A DNA stretch of 32,000 nucleotides, from the NCBI RefSeq assembly GCF_001017655.1, contig NZ_CP010904.1:2340001-2372000 (forward strand), in the 5' to 3' direction. Below, in pieces: positions 15,306 through 25,555 of the stretch. Source of the stretch: Kiritimatiella glycovorans. Lineage in GTDB: Bacteria; Verrucomicrobiota; Kiritimatiellia; Kiritimatiellales; Kiritimatiellaceae. How positions within the stretch are numbered: the stretch's first letter is position 1; each line of letters starts with the position of its first letter. A model generated the notes under the pieces. That model was not told the DNA's origin and did no database searches. It saw only the letters and a program-made list of their open reading frames with translations. The translations under genes and the position numbers were made by a program.

Positions 15306-18300
15306 GTGAAAACCCGCCTGATTCCCGCCATCCTGTTTGTCCTGTCATTCGCCCTCGGCCTTGCCCCTCTCGAGGCCTCGGTGAACGAACTGCTCCCGCA
15401 ACTCGCGTCGGAGGACCTCGACACCCGGCAGCAGGCCCGCCACACCCTGCTGGAAGAGGCCGCGCATGCCGCGCGGCCCGGAGCGGAGGCGGAGCGCGAA
15501 GCCTATTGCGAGAATATCTGCGCGGCGCTCCAGCAGCGTCCCCCGGTACCCGCCGCAACCGAACTGGTGCGGACGCTGGCGCGCTTCGGGCGCGGGGAAT
15601 CGGTATCGACCCTCGCCGCCCTGATGGATCACTCGGACCGGCACCTCCGCGAGGCCGCGCGCCAGGCGCTCGCCGTCAATCCCTCGCCGGAGGCGGATCG
15701 AGCCTTGCGCGAGGCTCTGAAGGAGGGCGGGGACGCGCGCCGGGTCGCGGGACTCGTCTTCGCGATCGGATGCCGCGCGGAACCGGGCACGACGGGCGTC
15801 CTCGCGCCATACCTCCGCCATAAAGACCCGCGCGTGTTCGAGGCCGCGGCTAAGGGGCTGGCGCGAACCGGCACCATGGATGCGCTCCATGCACTTTTAA
15901 AAGCCCGGAAAACCGCCGGGGAAACGCGCCGGGCAACCCTGACCGACGCGCTGTTCGACGGCGCAGGGCGCATGGAGGCTGCCGGCGAAACCCGCGTTGC
16001 GGCGCGAGTCTATACCGGGCTTTACGGCGCGGATGAACCCGAACACGTGCGGGCGATCGCCCTGCTCGGCGCCCTCCGTACCCGCCCCGCGGCCATGGGC
16101 GGCGAGGCACGCAAGGCGCTGGCGTCCGGTCCCGACGCACTGCGCATGGCGGTGATTGAGGCCGCCGCGCAGACCGGAGACGCCGAACTGATCTCGCGGG
16201 TCGGTAATGCGCTCGACCGCCTCGCCCCCACCCTGCAGATCCAGGCCCTCACAGCCCTTCGCGACGAAGGGACCGCCGAAGAAGCCGGGGCCGTGGCAAA
16301 GCTGCTTTCCACGGACGACGAAAAACTGCGTAACGCCGCGGCCGTCACCCTGTGCGCCATCGGCGGCGCCGGGCACCTCGATCGGCTCCTGGCCCTGCCG
16401 GACGGCGCGGAACTGAACGAGGCCCTGATGCGCATGGACGCCCCCGGCGTCGACGCCGCCCTGAAGCGCAAGCTGGAGGACGGAACTCCGGACGAGCGCG
16501 CCCGCGCGATCACCGTACTGGCCGGACGTCGGCAACTCGATGTCCCCGCCCTGCTCGACTACGCCGCCGACGGCGATGACGCCATCGCGCGCGCGGCGGC
16601 CGACGCCCTCAAGCAGGCGGCGACCTCAAAAGATGTCTCCCGCATCGCCGGATTCATGGTCGGGACGGATCATGCCTCCGCCGCGCAGGACGCGCTTCGG
16701 GCCCTGATTGCCGTGATCGACGCCGCACACGACAAGAACCGCTTCGCGGAGATGCTCACGCCGCTGCTCTCCGACGCCTCCACACCCCGCCGCAAGGCGC
16801 TCCTGTTCCAGGCACTGATGCGTACCGGCACGGACGCGGCCCTGAAGCCCGTCGCCGAAGCCGCCCGCTCCGCCGAAGCCGAGGTCCGCGAACCGGCGCT
16901 GAAGGTGCTGCACGCCTGGCCGCGGCCCAATGCCCTGCCGGTGCTGAGCGAGATCGTGACCGCCCCGTACTCGGAGCTCCGCGACCAGGTCCCGGCCGTA
17001 CGCGCCATGACCCGTCTGATGGGACGGTGCGAGACGGGCGCCGAGAAGCGCATGGCCGTCGACGCCGCGATGAAGGCCCTCGAAGCGGTCGAACGCGAAC
17101 AGGAGAAACAGATGCTGCAGGCCGCGCTGAAAAAACTCGAGATCCCCGAGGCCACCCTCGCCGTGGAGGAGATCGAAGGGAAGCGGCGCGGGCGATGGCT
17201 CGACTGGGAGCTGTCGGGACCCTACGAGGCCGGCGGCGACGAGTTCGATACGGCCTTCGCCCCTGAGAAGGAAGCGGGCAACACGCAGTGGCGCCCCGTG
17301 ACCGACCGGGACATGGACCGCGCCAACCCCTACATGATCAACTTCATGAACTCCATGCCCGGCCATAACCGCGCCGTGTATCTCAGAACCGTCATCGAGC
17401 GCGATGAGGCCGGGGCCGCCACGCTTTCGCTGGGCAGCGACGACGGGGTGAAGGTCTGGCTGAACGGGGAGCTGGTGCACGAGGTCGACGTGTCGCGCGC
17501 CTGCCGTTTCGGACAGGACGAAGTCCCGCTGGCGCTGAAGAAAGGGGCGAACGAGCTGCGGGTCAAGGTGGTGCAGATCGGGGGGCGCTGGTCGTTCATC
17601 GCCCGGCTGATCGGCGGCGGCGACCCCGGACCGGTCGTTGAGACGGCGTTCGCGCCCGACGGCGCACGCGTGAAGGTCCTGCTGGTGAGCGGTCAGAACA
17701 ATCACCAGTGGGAAGCCTCCCTGCCGGTGCTGCTCGACATCCTGAAGTCCGGCGGGATCTTCGCTGTCGACGTGACCCTCCGGCCGCAGGATCTCGAGCC
17801 CGGCGACTTCGAGCCGTACGACGTACTGATCAGTCACTGGAACGGCTGGGGACCGCGCGCGAAGGTCACGGACTGGCCCGGGCCGACCCAACGGGCCTAC
17901 CTCGATTTCGTGCGCGAGGGCGGCGGGCATGTGGTGGTGCATGCCGGATCGTCCAGTTTCTACGACGACCCCGAATTCCAGAAGCTCTACGGCGCCACCT
18001 GGAAGCGCGGCCAGACCGGGCACGGTCCGGTGCATGAATTCGAGGTCAGGATCGCCAACCCGGACCACCCCGTCACCCGCGGGATGGAGGGGTTCACCAC
18101 AAAGGACGAGCTGTGGCACCGGCCCGGCGTCCAGCCCGGCGTGACGGTGCTGACCGAGGCCTATTCCTCAAAGGATCAGCGCGGCACGGGCGAATGGGAA
18201 CCCTCGGCGATGGTCAACGACTTCGGCGCAGGCCGGAACTTCGTCCTGCTGCTCGGCCACAACGCGCACCCCATGCGCAACGAAGGCTTCGGCCGGCTGC

Positions 18301-18344
18301 TCCGGCGCGGTACCGAGTGGGCGGCCACCGGCGAGGTTCGATAA
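15306..18344 (+). CDS. Secreted multidomain protein: signal peptide, HEAT/ARM-like repeats (~600 aa), a central beta-sandwich-like region and a C-terminal ThuA-like domain
   Basis: 1012 aa from a GTG start with a hydrophobic N-terminus (IPAILFVLSFALGLAPLEA). Ala/Leu-rich helical repeats. The C-terminal VKVLLVSGQNNHQW...HVVVHAGSSSF...LLLGHNAHPM resembles ThuA (trehalose-utilisation-like) domains. Confidence 0.7.
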   Translation: MKTRLIPAILFVLSFALGLAPLEASVNELLPQLASEDLDTRQQARHTLLEEAAHAARPGAEAEREAYCENICAALQQRPPVPAATELVRTLARFGRGESVSTLAALMDHSDRHLREAARQALAVNPSPEADRALREALKEGGDARRVAGLVFAIGCRAEPGTTGVLAPYLRHKDPRVFEAAAKGLARTGTMDALHALLKARKTAGETRRATLTDALFDGAGRMEAAGETRVAARVYTGLYGADEPEHVRAIALLGALRTRPAAMGGEARKALASGPDALRMAVIEAAAQTGDAELISRVGNALDRLAPTLQIQALTALRDEGTAEEAGAVAKLLSTDDEKLRNAAAVTLCAIGGAGHLDRLLALPDGAELNEALMRMDAPGVDAALKRKLEDGTPDERARAITVLAGRRQLDVPALLDYAADGDDAIARAAADALKQAATSKDVSRIAGFMVGTDHASAAQDALRALIAVIDAAHDKNRFAEMLTPLLSDASTPRRKALLFQALMRTGTDAALKPVAEAARSAEAEVREPALKVLHAWPRPNALPVLSEIVTAPYSELRDQVPAVRAMTRLMGRCETGAEKRMAVDAAMKALEAVEREQEKQMLQAALKKLEIPEATLAVEEIEGKRRGRWLDWELSGPYEAGGDEFDTAFAPEKEAGNTQWRPVTDRDMDRANPYMINFMNSMPGHNRAVYLRTVIERDEAGAATLSLGSDDGVKVWLNGELVHEVDVSRACRFGQDEVPLALKKGANELRVKVVQIGGRWSFIARLIGGGDPGPVVETAFAPDGARVKVLLVSGQNNHQWEASLPVLLDILKSGGIFAVDVTLRPQDLEPGDFEPYDVLISHWNGWGPRAKVTDWPGPTQRAYLDFVREGGGHVVVHAGSSSFYDDPEFQKLYGATWKRGQTGHGPVHEFEVRIANPDHPVTRGMEGFTTKDELWHRPGVQPGVTVLTEAYSSKDQRGTGEWEPSAMVNDFGAGRNFVLLLGHNAHPMRNEGFGRLLRRGTEWAATGEVR

Positions 18345-18353
18345 TTCAGGCGG

Positions 18354-20762
18354 TCAGGCCGTGTCGGGCACCTCTTCCGGCGGGTGCGGCTCGATCTGTT
18401 CTGCGAGCCGGCGGTACATCAGGCCGTAGAACATCTCCAGGTAGCGGCACGTCTCCTCGTGCTCGAGGTGGGTGATGTACTTCCAGAACCCGTAGATGCG
18501 CGCGAACGAGAGCATCTTCGAGGCGTAGAGCGACCAGGTGTAGGCCTCCTCCACCCGCTTGATGGCGCCTTTTGAGAGCGTGTCCCAGTGCCCGGGCTCT
18601 TCGCGGCATTTACGGAAGAAATCCGCCATGAGGTGCGACGACGCCTCGCCGTGGTTGGGATCGATATGGAATCCCGAGTGTCCGTGTTCGATGATCTCGA
18701 GCGGGCCGCCGTAGCAGGTCGCGAACACGGGCAGGCCGGACGTCATCGCCTCGATCACGGTCAGGCCGAACGCCTCGAAGCGCGCCGGCTGGACGAAGAC
18801 TCCGCGCCGGTCGGCGACGTAGCGGTACAGTTCACCGTTGAAATTCTTGTCCGACATCGCGTTGACCCACCGTACGCGGTCATCCAGCTCGAACTCGTCG
18901 AACAGCCGGTGCATATGCCGGCTCTCATCGCCCTGTTCGCGATCCGGCGTGTGACCGGGGTCCACATTGCCCGACACGAGGAAGAGGTTGGCCTCCTTCT
19001 GCAGGTCCTCGTTGCGGGCATACCACTCGACGAGTCCCGGCACATTTTTGATCCGGTCCAGCCGGGCCATGGCGAAGATGATCGGCTTATCGCGGTCGGC
19101 CAGCTCGCCGCGCGCGCCGTTTCCGGATTCCCCGTAGATCAGGGTTTCGATCTCATCGTGAAGCCGGGTCAGCCGGCGCTTCTTTTCCGTATAGGGAAAG
19201 TAGACGTCCTCATCGGCGCCGGGCGACACGATATTGAAGCGCGGATCGAAGACGTTGACCCCGCTCAGCACGCGGTAGAGGCCGGGCATCGGGAACGCGT
19301 GATAGCTCTCGTACTGGCCCGTACCCTCCTCCGTGCCGGCGATTTCCTGAAACGTCGACGTGATGATGAAGTCGGCGGTGTTCATCGCGATCAGGTCCGC
19401 GGTGAACTGGCAGGAGAAGTGGTAGTTCTCCTCGTGTTCGCGCCAGTGGAGCGCGGAATAGAGGTATTTCGTCTTCTCCAGCGCGTGGGCGATGTTGCAC
19501 TGGGTAACGCCCAGCCGCCGGCTCAGGAGTGAGGCGACCAGGTTTCCGTCGGAGTAGTTGCCGATGATCAGGTCCGGTTTCCCGCCGAACTCCGAAGCCA
19601 TTTCGCGCCCGGCGTCGGTGGCGAACCGCTCGAGGTACGGCCAGATATCGAACCGCGAGATCCACTCCTGCACGATCTCCCCGTTCGAAGTCCGGAACGG
19701 GACGCGGAGGATCGCCGCGTTCTCGGTCCCGATGATCGGCTCGAGCCGCTGATCGCAGGTGGTATCGCCGGCCTCAGGGATGAGGCGCGTGATCACGAGA
19801 ATGCGGGGTTCCACGTCCAGCCCCTGCTCATGGAGATCGTGGCGCATCTGTTTTTCGAGCGCGCGCACCTGGTCCAGAATATACACCACCTGCCCGCCCG
19901 TATCGGGCAGCCCCAGTACGCCGGACTGGCCGAAATAGCCGTGGGGGCTGAGGATCGCGAGGCGCGAGACCATCGGCACCCGGCTGAGAAACTCCGCCAG
20001 CGTGTCCGGCGCCGGCGATTCGAGGATTTCGAGCAGCAGTCCCATCATCTCGTGGACCTGCTTCGCCGTACGGCCCCAGCCGGGTTCAAAGACTTTCACC
20101 GGAAGCCGGTCGACAAAATCAGCCCACTCGGCATCGTCGTGCTCCCATTTAAGGAAACGGCGGGTCTGCCGGACGGCCTTCTGGAGCTGCTCCAGCGAAG
20201 AGACCTGCTGGTTGAGCATGAGCTGAACGCCGCTGTACTGGTGAAGCTTCAGGAAATCGAGCAGCCGTTCGCGGTGTTCCTTGAACAGGCTGAAGGAGAG
20301 CTGGCGGTTGAGAAACTCCACGCCGTGCCCGATCGACGAGACTTCCTTCATGCGGGGAAATCCGCGTTCGAAGGGGGACAGGTCGAGTTCAAGGGCCCAC
20401 TGATCCTCTTCCTCGCGGGGTTCGACCAGTCGCTCCTTGAACTGGAGGAACTCGCGCACGCCGATCTCTTCGCAGATGACGCTGTCGACCTGGAGCCGCA
20501 GGTAATGCCACTCCGCGATCGCGGGCCGGATGGCGAGATAGAGCCACCCCTCGCGGGCCACCGCCTCCTGCGCATCGACCAGCATGTCGTGCAGCGGGGT
20601 CCCCCGCAGCTCGTGCATACTCTCCGAGCCGGTCACCTCGTCGAAACCGTCGATCAGCTCCGTGCGGAGCAGGTGCGACTTTTCGAGACTCAACAGGTGC
20701 TTGAGCCACTGGTAGACCAGATGGCGATGCTGCTCCACATACGCCTTGAGTTCATCAAACAT
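18354..20762 (-). CDS. Sucrose synthase (GT4, GT-B fold)
   Basis: 802 aa from [14 protein letters not shown]. The signature [33 protein letters not shown] is present. The ATG overlaps the stop of the upstream SPS gene by 8 nt (ATGTTTGA). Confidence 0.88.
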   Translation of the reverse strand: MFDELKAYVEQHRHLVYQWLKHLLSLEKSHLLRTELIDGFDEVTGSESMHELRGTPLHDMLVDAQEAVAREGWLYLAIRPAIAEWHYLRLQVDSVICEEIGVREFLQFKERLVEPREEEDQWALELDLSPFERGFPRMKEVSSIGHGVEFLNRQLSFSLFKEHRERLLDFLKLHQYSGVQLMLNQQVSSLEQLQKAVRQTRRFLKWEHDDAEWADFVDRLPVKVFEPGWGRTAKQVHEMMGLLLEILESPAPDTLAEFLSRVPMVSRLAILSPHGYFGQSGVLGLPDTGGQVVYILDQVRALEKQMRHDLHEQGLDVEPRILVITRLIPEAGDTTCDQRLEPIIGTENAAILRVPFRTSNGEIVQEWISRFDIWPYLERFATDAGREMASEFGGKPDLIIGNYSDGNLVASLLSRRLGVTQCNIAHALEKTKYLYSALHWREHEENYHFSCQFTADLIAMNTADFIITSTFQEIAGTEEGTGQYESYHAFPMPGLYRVLSGVNVFDPRFNIVSPGADEDVYFPYTEKKRRLTRLHDEIETLIYGESGNGARGELADRDKPIIFAMARLDRIKNVPGLVEWYARNEDLQKEANLFLVSGNVDPGHTPDREQGDESRHMHRLFDEFELDDRVRWVNAMSDKNFNGELYRYVADRRGVFVQPARFEAFGLTVIEAMTSGLPVFATCYGGPLEIIEHGHSGFHIDPNHGEASSHLMADFFRKCREEPGHWDTLSKGAIKRVEEAYTWSLYASKMLSFARIYGFWKYITHLEHEETCRYLEMFYGLMYRRLAEQIEPHPPEEVPDTA

Positions 20763-22947
20763 TCGTATCCCCTTCTTCTTCCGGTATGACGATTTCCTCC
20801 AGGAACCTGTAGTGTTCCAGGCCTTCGATAATTCCCCGTGCGTGAGAGGCCTCGGCGAAATAGATTCGGGGCGCGCCGCGCAGACCCTCGAGTTCCGGAC
20901 TGTAATTGCCGACCACGACGCCCAGCGTCTCCCCGCGCAGCATCTCCTCATCATTCCCCGAATCCCCGGCTACGAGCAACCGCTCCGGCGGCAGACCCCA
21001 CTTCAGGGCGAGATAACGAATCGCCAGACCCGTCGACGCGCGGATCGGCAGTATATCAAGGTACATCCCGAGTGAAAAGATCACCTTTACGCGCAGCCTG
21101 CGCTGGCGGAGCAAACCTCGAAGCTCCTTGAGTGAGGGGCCTTTTTCAGGATCGAGCGTGTAGCTGACCTTGTAGCGCCCCTGCTCGCCTTTTTTCTGCG
21201 GATAGATTCCGGGCAGTTCATCCAGTATTGCGCGCACGAGATCCGGGTTCCAGTAGTGGTCGATGTGGTGGTGCCATGAGCGGTCGGGGCGCAGGTCCTC
21301 GCCGTAGTAGATGTTGCATCCGGCGGAGGTGATCAGGATATCCGGCGTCGGCGCGCCGATCTCCTTGAGGAGCTTGAGCGCGCTTTTACGGGTACGTCCC
21401 GTGGCGATCCCGAACCCCACGTAATCGCCCGCATCATGCAGCAGGCGCACCAGTTCAAGGCACCCTTCCTCGTCGCCGGTGAGCGTGTTATCCACATCGG
21501 TGATCAGCACGCGGTCGATCGTCGGCAGACGGCTCCGGCGGCGGAGCGAGATCCTGCCGCGCCTGCCCTCGCCCTTGACCAGCGAACGGACCTCGGCCAG
21601 GTAGTGCTCCACGTGGCTCTCCCACGAAAAGGTCTCCCGCGAACCCTTGATCCCGTTTTTCGACCACGTCTCCCATTGCCGCCGTTCGCCGATCGCCTCC
21701 AGCAGGGCTTCGCTCAGCGCGTCGGGGTCGAAGGGATCGATCAGCACCCCGTTCCGGCAGGCGGCGATAATGTCGCGCGGACCGCCGTCGTTGGTCGCCA
21801 CGATCGGCAGCCCGCTCGCGGACGCTTCAATCAGGGTAAGCCCGAAGGGTTCCGTCCAGGCGGGATTGACGAACACGCCGCGCCGCCGTGCCGCCATCCG
21901 GTAGATATTCGGCACGTCCTCCGCATCGTGCTGCTTGGGAAAGGCGACGTGGCCGTACAGATCATAGTAATCGATCAGGTAGAGGATCTGGAACAGCACC
22001 TTGCGCTGAGCCGCGGGGAATTTGCGGATGTCCTCGCGGTTTCCGAGGATCAGCAGGAGGTTCGCCTGTTCACGCAGCGCTTCGTTTTCTCCGTACGCGC
22101 GCACCAGGGTCTCGATGTTCTTGCGCTCATCGGGACGCGCCATCGCCAGGATCACCGGTTTTTCCGGATCGCGGAGAAACCGCTCCACCTCTCCCTCCAT
22201 GCGGCAGCGGAAGTTTTCCTCCGGAGCCCGGAACCGGCTCAGATCGACGCCGGGGGGGATCACCTCCATCGTGTCCGGCCGGTAGAAATCGTACTCCTCG
22301 TACTGCTCGCTCACCTCCTGCCGGGTGCTGGCGCAGACCAGCGCAGCCGTGTCGAGTGCGGTCTCCTCGGCCTCGATACGCTCGATAAAACGGTACTTGC
22401 GGTCGATCTGCTCGGGATCGGCGCCCTGCTCGAGCAGCCGGCGCCGCTTGATGCGGCCCAGCGAATGACCGGTGAACACAAACGGCACCCCGAGCAGACG
22501 CGCGAGCTGCGAACCCGCATACCCCGCGTCCGCGTAATGACCGTGGACGACATCCGGCAGTCGCCCCATCCGGCGGAAATGACCGAGGGCGTGATCGACA
22601 AAGACCGGCAGATAGGGCCAGAGGTTCTCTTTGCGCAGGTAGCGGCGCGGACCGCAGGGGATGCGCACGATACGGGCACACTCCGAAAGCTCCTCCTCGG
22701 GCTGCGCATACTCGTCCCCGACACGCTTGTCCGCGACCTGCCGCGTGAAGAGGTCGACGCGGCCCACCTCCGGATGCTTCGCGAGGGCGCGCACCAGTTC
22801 GACGACATACGTCACCTGCCCGCCCGTATCGGGATCGCGTCCGAGTTCCAGATCGTGTCCGCGGATCAGACCGTGGACGCTCAGCATGACGATGTAGAGC
22901 CCGCCGTCCGATTGCTTCGCGCTCAAGTCACTCCTCCAGTCCGGCAT
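20755..22947 (-). CDS. Sucrose-phosphate synthase with a C-terminal sucrose-phosphate-phosphatase-like HAD domain
   Basis: [39 protein letters not shown] in the GT domain. The HAD motif [11 protein letters not shown] is intact. The start is uncertain (22947 chosen; the ORF extends to 23034). Confidence 0.82.
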   Translation of the reverse strand: MPDWRSDLSAKQSDGGLYIVMLSVHGLIRGHDLELGRDPDTGGQVTYVVELVRALAKHPEVGRVDLFTRQVADKRVGDEYAQPEEELSECARIVRIPCGPRRYLRKENLWPYLPVFVDHALGHFRRMGRLPDVVHGHYADAGYAGSQLARLLGVPFVFTGHSLGRIKRRRLLEQGADPEQIDRKYRFIERIEAEETALDTAALVCASTRQEVSEQYEEYDFYRPDTMEVIPPGVDLSRFRAPEENFRCRMEGEVERFLRDPEKPVILAMARPDERKNIETLVRAYGENEALREQANLLLILGNREDIRKFPAAQRKVLFQILYLIDYYDLYGHVAFPKQHDAEDVPNIYRMAARRRGVFVNPAWTEPFGLTLIEASASGLPIVATNDGGPRDIIAACRNGVLIDPFDPDALSEALLEAIGERRQWETWSKNGIKGSRETFSWESHVEHYLAEVRSLVKGEGRRGRISLRRRSRLPTIDRVLITDVDNTLTGDEEGCLELVRLLHDAGDYVGFGIATGRTRKSALKLLKEIGAPTPDILITSAGCNIYYGEDLRPDRSWHHHIDHYWNPDLVRAILDELPGIYPQKKGEQGRYKVSYTLDPEKGPSLKELRGLLRQRRLRVKVIFSLGMYLDILPIRASTGLAIRYLALKWGLPPERLLVAGDSGNDEEMLRGETLGVVVGNYSPELEGLRGAPRIYFAEASHARGIIEGLEHYRFLEEIVIPEEEGDTNV

Positions 22948-23836
22948 ACAAACCCGTATCCGAAACCGTCGCGCCCCGTATGCGGCAGATCTTCGAAGCG
23001 AACTCCGCCGCCCGGCGCTGTAAATCCGATGCACTGCGCCCGCGCATAAGACCCTCGATCACCATCGCGCTGAATCCGTCCCCCGCCCCGACCGTATCTA
23101 CGAGCCCCTCGTTGCCCGAACCCGGGCACCGGCTGACCCCGGAGGCCGTCACAAGCGACGACCCCTCGCCGCCGCGCGTCAGGATCACGGCCTCGAGCCC
23201 GAAGCGGTCGATCCACGCGCGCGCCTCCGCCTCCATGTCCTCCGGTGACTCCGTCCCGCGGTCGCCGAGCACCCCGATCTCCTCGTCGTTGAGCTTGACC
23301 CAGCGGGCTTCCGCAACCTGCTGACGCACCGAGGACCGGTCCCACCAGGGCGCGCGCAGATTGACATCGAGAAACAGCGGCGCACCGGCCTCTTCGAGGA
23401 GACGGTCGAGTCCTCGCGCGTTGTGCCCGTACCGCCGTATGAGACTCCCCGCGCAACAGAGCGCGGCCCCCGCTCCGGCCGCGTCGCCGACCGCGCGACC
23501 CCAGTCGATCGCGTCATAGGCCTGATCGGGAAGGATTTCAAAGCTGTGCCCGCCGTCCGGATCGAGGGTGATGCGCACCTCCCCGGTCGGAGCGATGTCG
23601 TCGCGCTGGATCCCGGAAAGATCCATTCCCCACTCGCGCATGGCGCTTTCAATACGCCGCCCGCGCTCATCCGCGCCGACCCGGCTGATGAGCAGAGGCT
23701 CCAGCCCCAGCCCGGCCAGATGCCACGCCACGTTGAAAGGCGCGCCGCCCAGAACCTCCGTCCCGTCCGGGAAACAGTCGAATAACACCTCGCCGATTAC
23801 GACCGGCCGCCCCTGCATGGGTTTGCGCTCGTGCAT
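22928..23836 (-). CDS. PfkB-family sugar kinase, probable fructokinase
   Basis: VVIGEVLFDCFPDG...GGAPFNVAWHL and DTVGAGDGFSAMVIEGL motifs. First gene of the sucrose cluster. The start is ambiguous (23836 or 23818). Confidence 0.8.
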   Translation of the reverse strand: MHERKPMQGRPVVIGEVLFDCFPDGTEVLGGAPFNVAWHLAGLGLEPLLISRVGADERGRRIESAMREWGMDLSGIQRDDIAPTGEVRITLDPDGGHSFEILPDQAYDAIDWGRAVGDAAGAGAALCCAGSLIRRYGHNARGLDRLLEEAGAPLFLDVNLRAPWWDRSSVRQQVAEARWVKLNDEEIGVLGDRGTESPEDMEAEARAWIDRFGLEAVILTRGGEGSSLVTASGVSRCPGSGNEGLVDTVGAGDGFSAMVIEGLMRGRSASDLQRRAAEFASKICRIRGATVSDTGLYAGLEE

Positions 23837-24012
23837 GGCCCTTATTTCACCAAATTGCGGACCGCACACCAATCTTAATCGCAAGTCAGACCTCTATTGG
23901 ACCCTTGACCCGGCGAAAAAAAAGGATCTGCCGGATTTTTAGGGTTATTCGTGGATTTTATGGAAGGGTTCCCGGGAAAGGCGGGATGCAGGAGAATCGG
24001 AGGGGGAGAGAC

Positions 24013-24039
24013 CATGAAGGACATGAAGAGCATGAAGGT
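24013..24039 (+). repeat. Three tandem 9-nt units (CATGAAGGA CATGAAGAG CATGAAGGT) forming the core of a 10-codon upstream ORF (24014..24046, MKDMKSMKVG)
   Basis: Read directly. GGAGGGGGAGAG lies 3-10 nt upstream of the ATG. Confidence 0.6.
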
Positions 24040-24066
24040 TGGTTGAAGGGGGGGGAAACGAAATCC

Positions 24067-24173
24067 GTACTCGTACTCGTACGCGTACTCGGAGCGCCGA
24101 AGGTGCGATCCCACTCCCCCGATTCAAGGAATTCGAGTACGAGTACCGCTTCGCTGAGTACGAGTAAGAGTGC
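24067..24173. repeat. Inverted arrays of phased hexamers: (GTACTC/GTACGC)x4 at 24067..24090 facing (GAGTAC)n at 24135..24173
   Basis: GTACTCGTACTCG is perfectly complementary to CGAGTACGAGTAC (13 bp). A second block, GAGTACGAGTAAGAGTGC, follows. Confidence 0.75.
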
Positions 24174-24259
24174 GATGTGACGCGAGCGGACTTGCCGCCG
24201 CTCACCATAAAAATTTACGAAGAACTAAAATTATCCCCTTTTTCCTGTTGCCAAGATCT

Positions 24260-24340
24260 CTATATTCGGCAATATAGTTACATCTTTAGCACTTCTATTT
24301 TATATGAAACTATATTGCCGCATAATCATATATTGCTGCA
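24260..24340 (+). promoter_or_regulatory. AT-rich promoter/operator-like region upstream of the C1 operon
   Basis: Palindrome CTATATT-CGGC-AATATAG (24260..24277). Direct repeats TATATTGCCGCA (24311..24322) and TATATTGCTGCA (24329..24340) lie just before the SD AGGAGG (24342..24347) and the GTG at 24355. Confidence 0.4.
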
Positions 24341-24354
24341 CAGGAGGTTTTTAA

Positions 24355-25398
24355 GTGGCGGAACAGAAGACATCGGGGACCGGGGGGCGTGATGCGCTGA
24401 TATTGATCGGCGAGAAGCTGCACTGCACGCGGGTGTACCGCACGGACGGAAAATTCGTAAAGAAAGACGGAGAAGACCACTATATTCGTTACCGCGGCGG
24501 GGACGGGGAGCGTTTGCTGCCGATCCCGGCGGGAGTGACGGAGGGGGATCTGTGGCAGCGCGGAAGGGTGCGGCAGTGTGCGGTGGCCATCGCGCAGGGG
24601 ATGCGCGGTGCCGGAGAGGCGGCCGGGCTGGGCGTCGATTATCTGCGCCGGCTGGCACAGTCCCAGGAAGCGGACGGCGCGCATTTTCTCGATCTCAATG
24701 TCGACGAATACGCCTCTGACGACGGAGAGCGGCGCGAGGCGATGGTCTGGCTGTGCGGAATCGCGCAGGAGGCCTCCGGCCTTCCGCTGGCGATCGATTC
24801 ATCGAGCGAAAGTGTGCTGCGCGCAGGGCTCGGCGCCTGCGACGAAGACCGGGCGCGGCCGATGCTCAACTCCGTCTCGCTTGAGCGGATGGATGCGGCG
24901 GACCTGGCCGCGGAGACGGGCGCGGAGGTGGTGGCTTCGGCCGCCGGGAGCGAGACGATGCCGGAAACCGCGGAAGACCGGCTGAATAATTTTGAGAACC
25001 TGGTGCGGGCGCTTCACGACAGGGGCATCGGGGATGAACGCATTCATCTCGACCCGCTCGTGATGCCGGTGGCCACCGACGCGGGCCACGGGCCGGCCGT
25101 GCTCGAGGCAATCCGGGGCGCACGGAAACGCTTCGGAACGGAGATCCATATCACCGGCGGGTTCAGCAACGTCTCCTTCGGTCTGCCGAAACGCAGGCTG
25201 GTGAACACCGTGTTCGCCCGGCTGTGCGTGGAGGCGGGCGCCGACGGCGGCATCGTGGACCCGGCGCACATCAACTCCGGCGCGCTGGACGCGCTCGATC
25301 CGGAAGGAACGCCCTTCCGCCTCGCCCGCGACCTGCTTACCGGTCAGGACGACTTCGGGATGCAGTTCATTACCGCGGCGAGGGAAGGGGAAATTTGA
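24355..25398 (+). CDS. Pterin-binding (DHPS-like TIM-barrel) protein, methyltetrahydrofolate methyltransferase-like (MetH pterin domain / AcsE / MtrH type)
   Basis: 347 aa from a GTG start with a strong SD. Motifs LDLNVDE, PLAIDSS, LNSVSLE and GGFSNVSFGLP are typical of methyl-THF-binding domains. Confidence 0.7.
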   Translation: MAEQKTSGTGGRDALILIGEKLHCTRVYRTDGKFVKKDGEDHYIRYRGGDGERLLPIPAGVTEGDLWQRGRVRQCAVAIAQGMRGAGEAAGLGVDYLRRLAQSQEADGAHFLDLNVDEYASDDGERREAMVWLCGIAQEASGLPLAIDSSSESVLRAGLGACDEDRARPMLNSVSLERMDAADLAAETGAEVVASAAGSETMPETAEDRLNNFENLVRALHDRGIGDERIHLDPLVMPVATDAGHGPAVLEAIRGARKRFGTEIHITGGFSNVSFGLPKRRLVNTVFARLCVEAGADGGIVDPAHINSGALDALDPEGTPFRLARDLLTGQDDFGMQFITAAREGEI

Positions 25399-25471
25399 GG
25401 GAGGGAAACCTGCCTGAGTGGGAAACCTGAAACTTGAGACCTGAGTAAGATGGGAAAGAGGGAAGAAGAGG

Positions 25472-25555
25472 CAGAACCAGAATCAGAACCAGAGTCAGAA
25501 TCAGAGTCAGAGGCAGAGGCAGAGTAAGAGGCGGAATCAGAATCAGAGCAAGAGA
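25472..25555 (+). repeat. 14 phased hexamers of the form CAGARN (CAGAAC CAGAAT CAGAAC CAGAGT ...), inside a purine-biased intergenic tract
   Basis: Counted unit by unit from 25472 to 25555. Preceded by GGGAAACCTG x2 and CCTGAGT x2. Confidence 0.85.

Noticed and set aside
14253-23049. Long antisense or alternate-frame ORFs in the housekeeping region (for example 14253..15134, 15897..16535, 16626..18119, 18588..19532, 19830..20789, 21436..23049)
   Set aside because: Their composition is low-complexity and high-GC shadow-like, with no recognisable motifs. Each lies opposite a gene with clear family signatures.
24013-24173. A second, degenerate CRISPR-like array
   Set aside because: The units are 6-9 nt with no spacers, so these are microsatellite-like or inverted repeats rather than CRISPR.
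23875-24208. ORFs 23875..24114, 23905..24180 and 23945..24208 (also 25344..25574) as protein genes
   Set aside because: They are translations of phased hexamer/nonamer repeats (EYEYEY, RVRVRV, SDSDSD) and are better explained as non-coding repeat tracts.
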